Positions 25,518 through 25,738 of a stretch of DNA of 25,738 bases are shown here, in pieces. This DNA comes from Candidatus Binatia bacterium (GTDB lineage Bacteria; Desulfobacterota; Binatia; Bin18), in the NCBI GenBank assembly GCA_963666315.2, contig CAXXHG010000044.1, forward strand, positions 1 to 25,738, given 5' to 3'. A program made the position numbers and the translations under genes. The notes beneath the pieces are model-generated. The model saw nothing but the letters and a program-made list of their open reading frames with translations, did no database searches and was not told where the DNA came from. The stretch's first letter is position 1. The number at the start of each line of letters is the position of its first letter.

Positions 25518-25738
25518 TTAAATGCCGTAGAACTTTGCGGCATTTGTTCCCAAGATTTTATCGACAGAGGCCGCGGGTAAAGAGGCCAGCACCTCGCGTG
25601 CTTTTTGCACTGGGGCAACAAATCCCTCTGCGTGTGGGTAGTCGGAGCCGATAAAGAAGCGATCGTCGCCGACAAACTGGACCATAAGCGGGAACATCTT
25701 CTCTTCCGGATCACCATTGACCCAGATATTACGCGCAA
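25518..25738 (-). CDS. Amidohydrolase_2 family protein, 3' part (not in the ORF track)
   Basis: Manual translation ARNIWVNGDPEE...VGDDRFFIGSDYPHAEG...KILGTNAAKFYGI*. TAA at 25520-25518. Confidence 0.88.
   Translation of the reverse strand, partial: ARNIWVNGDPEEKMFPLMVQFVGDDRFFIGSDYPHAEGFVAPVQKAREVLASLPAASVDKILGTNAAKFYGI

Noticed and set aside
25397-25738. Track ORFs 25397-25654 and 25442-25738
   Set aside because: The real coding frame is the amidohydrolase 3' end (GSDYPH) in a different minus-strand frame.

Overview
Bacterial chromosomal window, moderately GC-rich by eye. The gene mix (crotonase, FabI-like, CoA-transferase III, F420-type PPOX protein, amidohydrolase, SDR) suggests an environmental deltaproteobacterium-like organism such as Binatia, which is inference only. 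The core is an intact minus-strand housekeeping run: tRNA-Pro(GGG), surE, pcm, iscS, mnmA, mtaB, rnc, pyrD, a tandem CoA-transferase and a PPOX protein. To its left are acyl-CoA genes, a DUF2760 plus atypical Hsp70 pair, and two type II toxin-antitoxin (TA) loci whose toxins are both broken. To its right is an accessory patch with a standalone LarE-C-terminal-like ORF, a frameshifted HAD phosphatase, a Y1/HUH (IS200-like) tnpA and a BrnT/BrnA-like TA pair. The most striking unannotated signal is a family of five 52-nt double-hairpin elements whose stems covary. Two flank the tnpA in inverted orientation, two form an empty inverted pair, and one is solo. An additional truncated copy is interrupted by a small MITE-like element with a 7-bp flanking duplication. 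All calls come from reading the sequence and motif recall; no searches were run.
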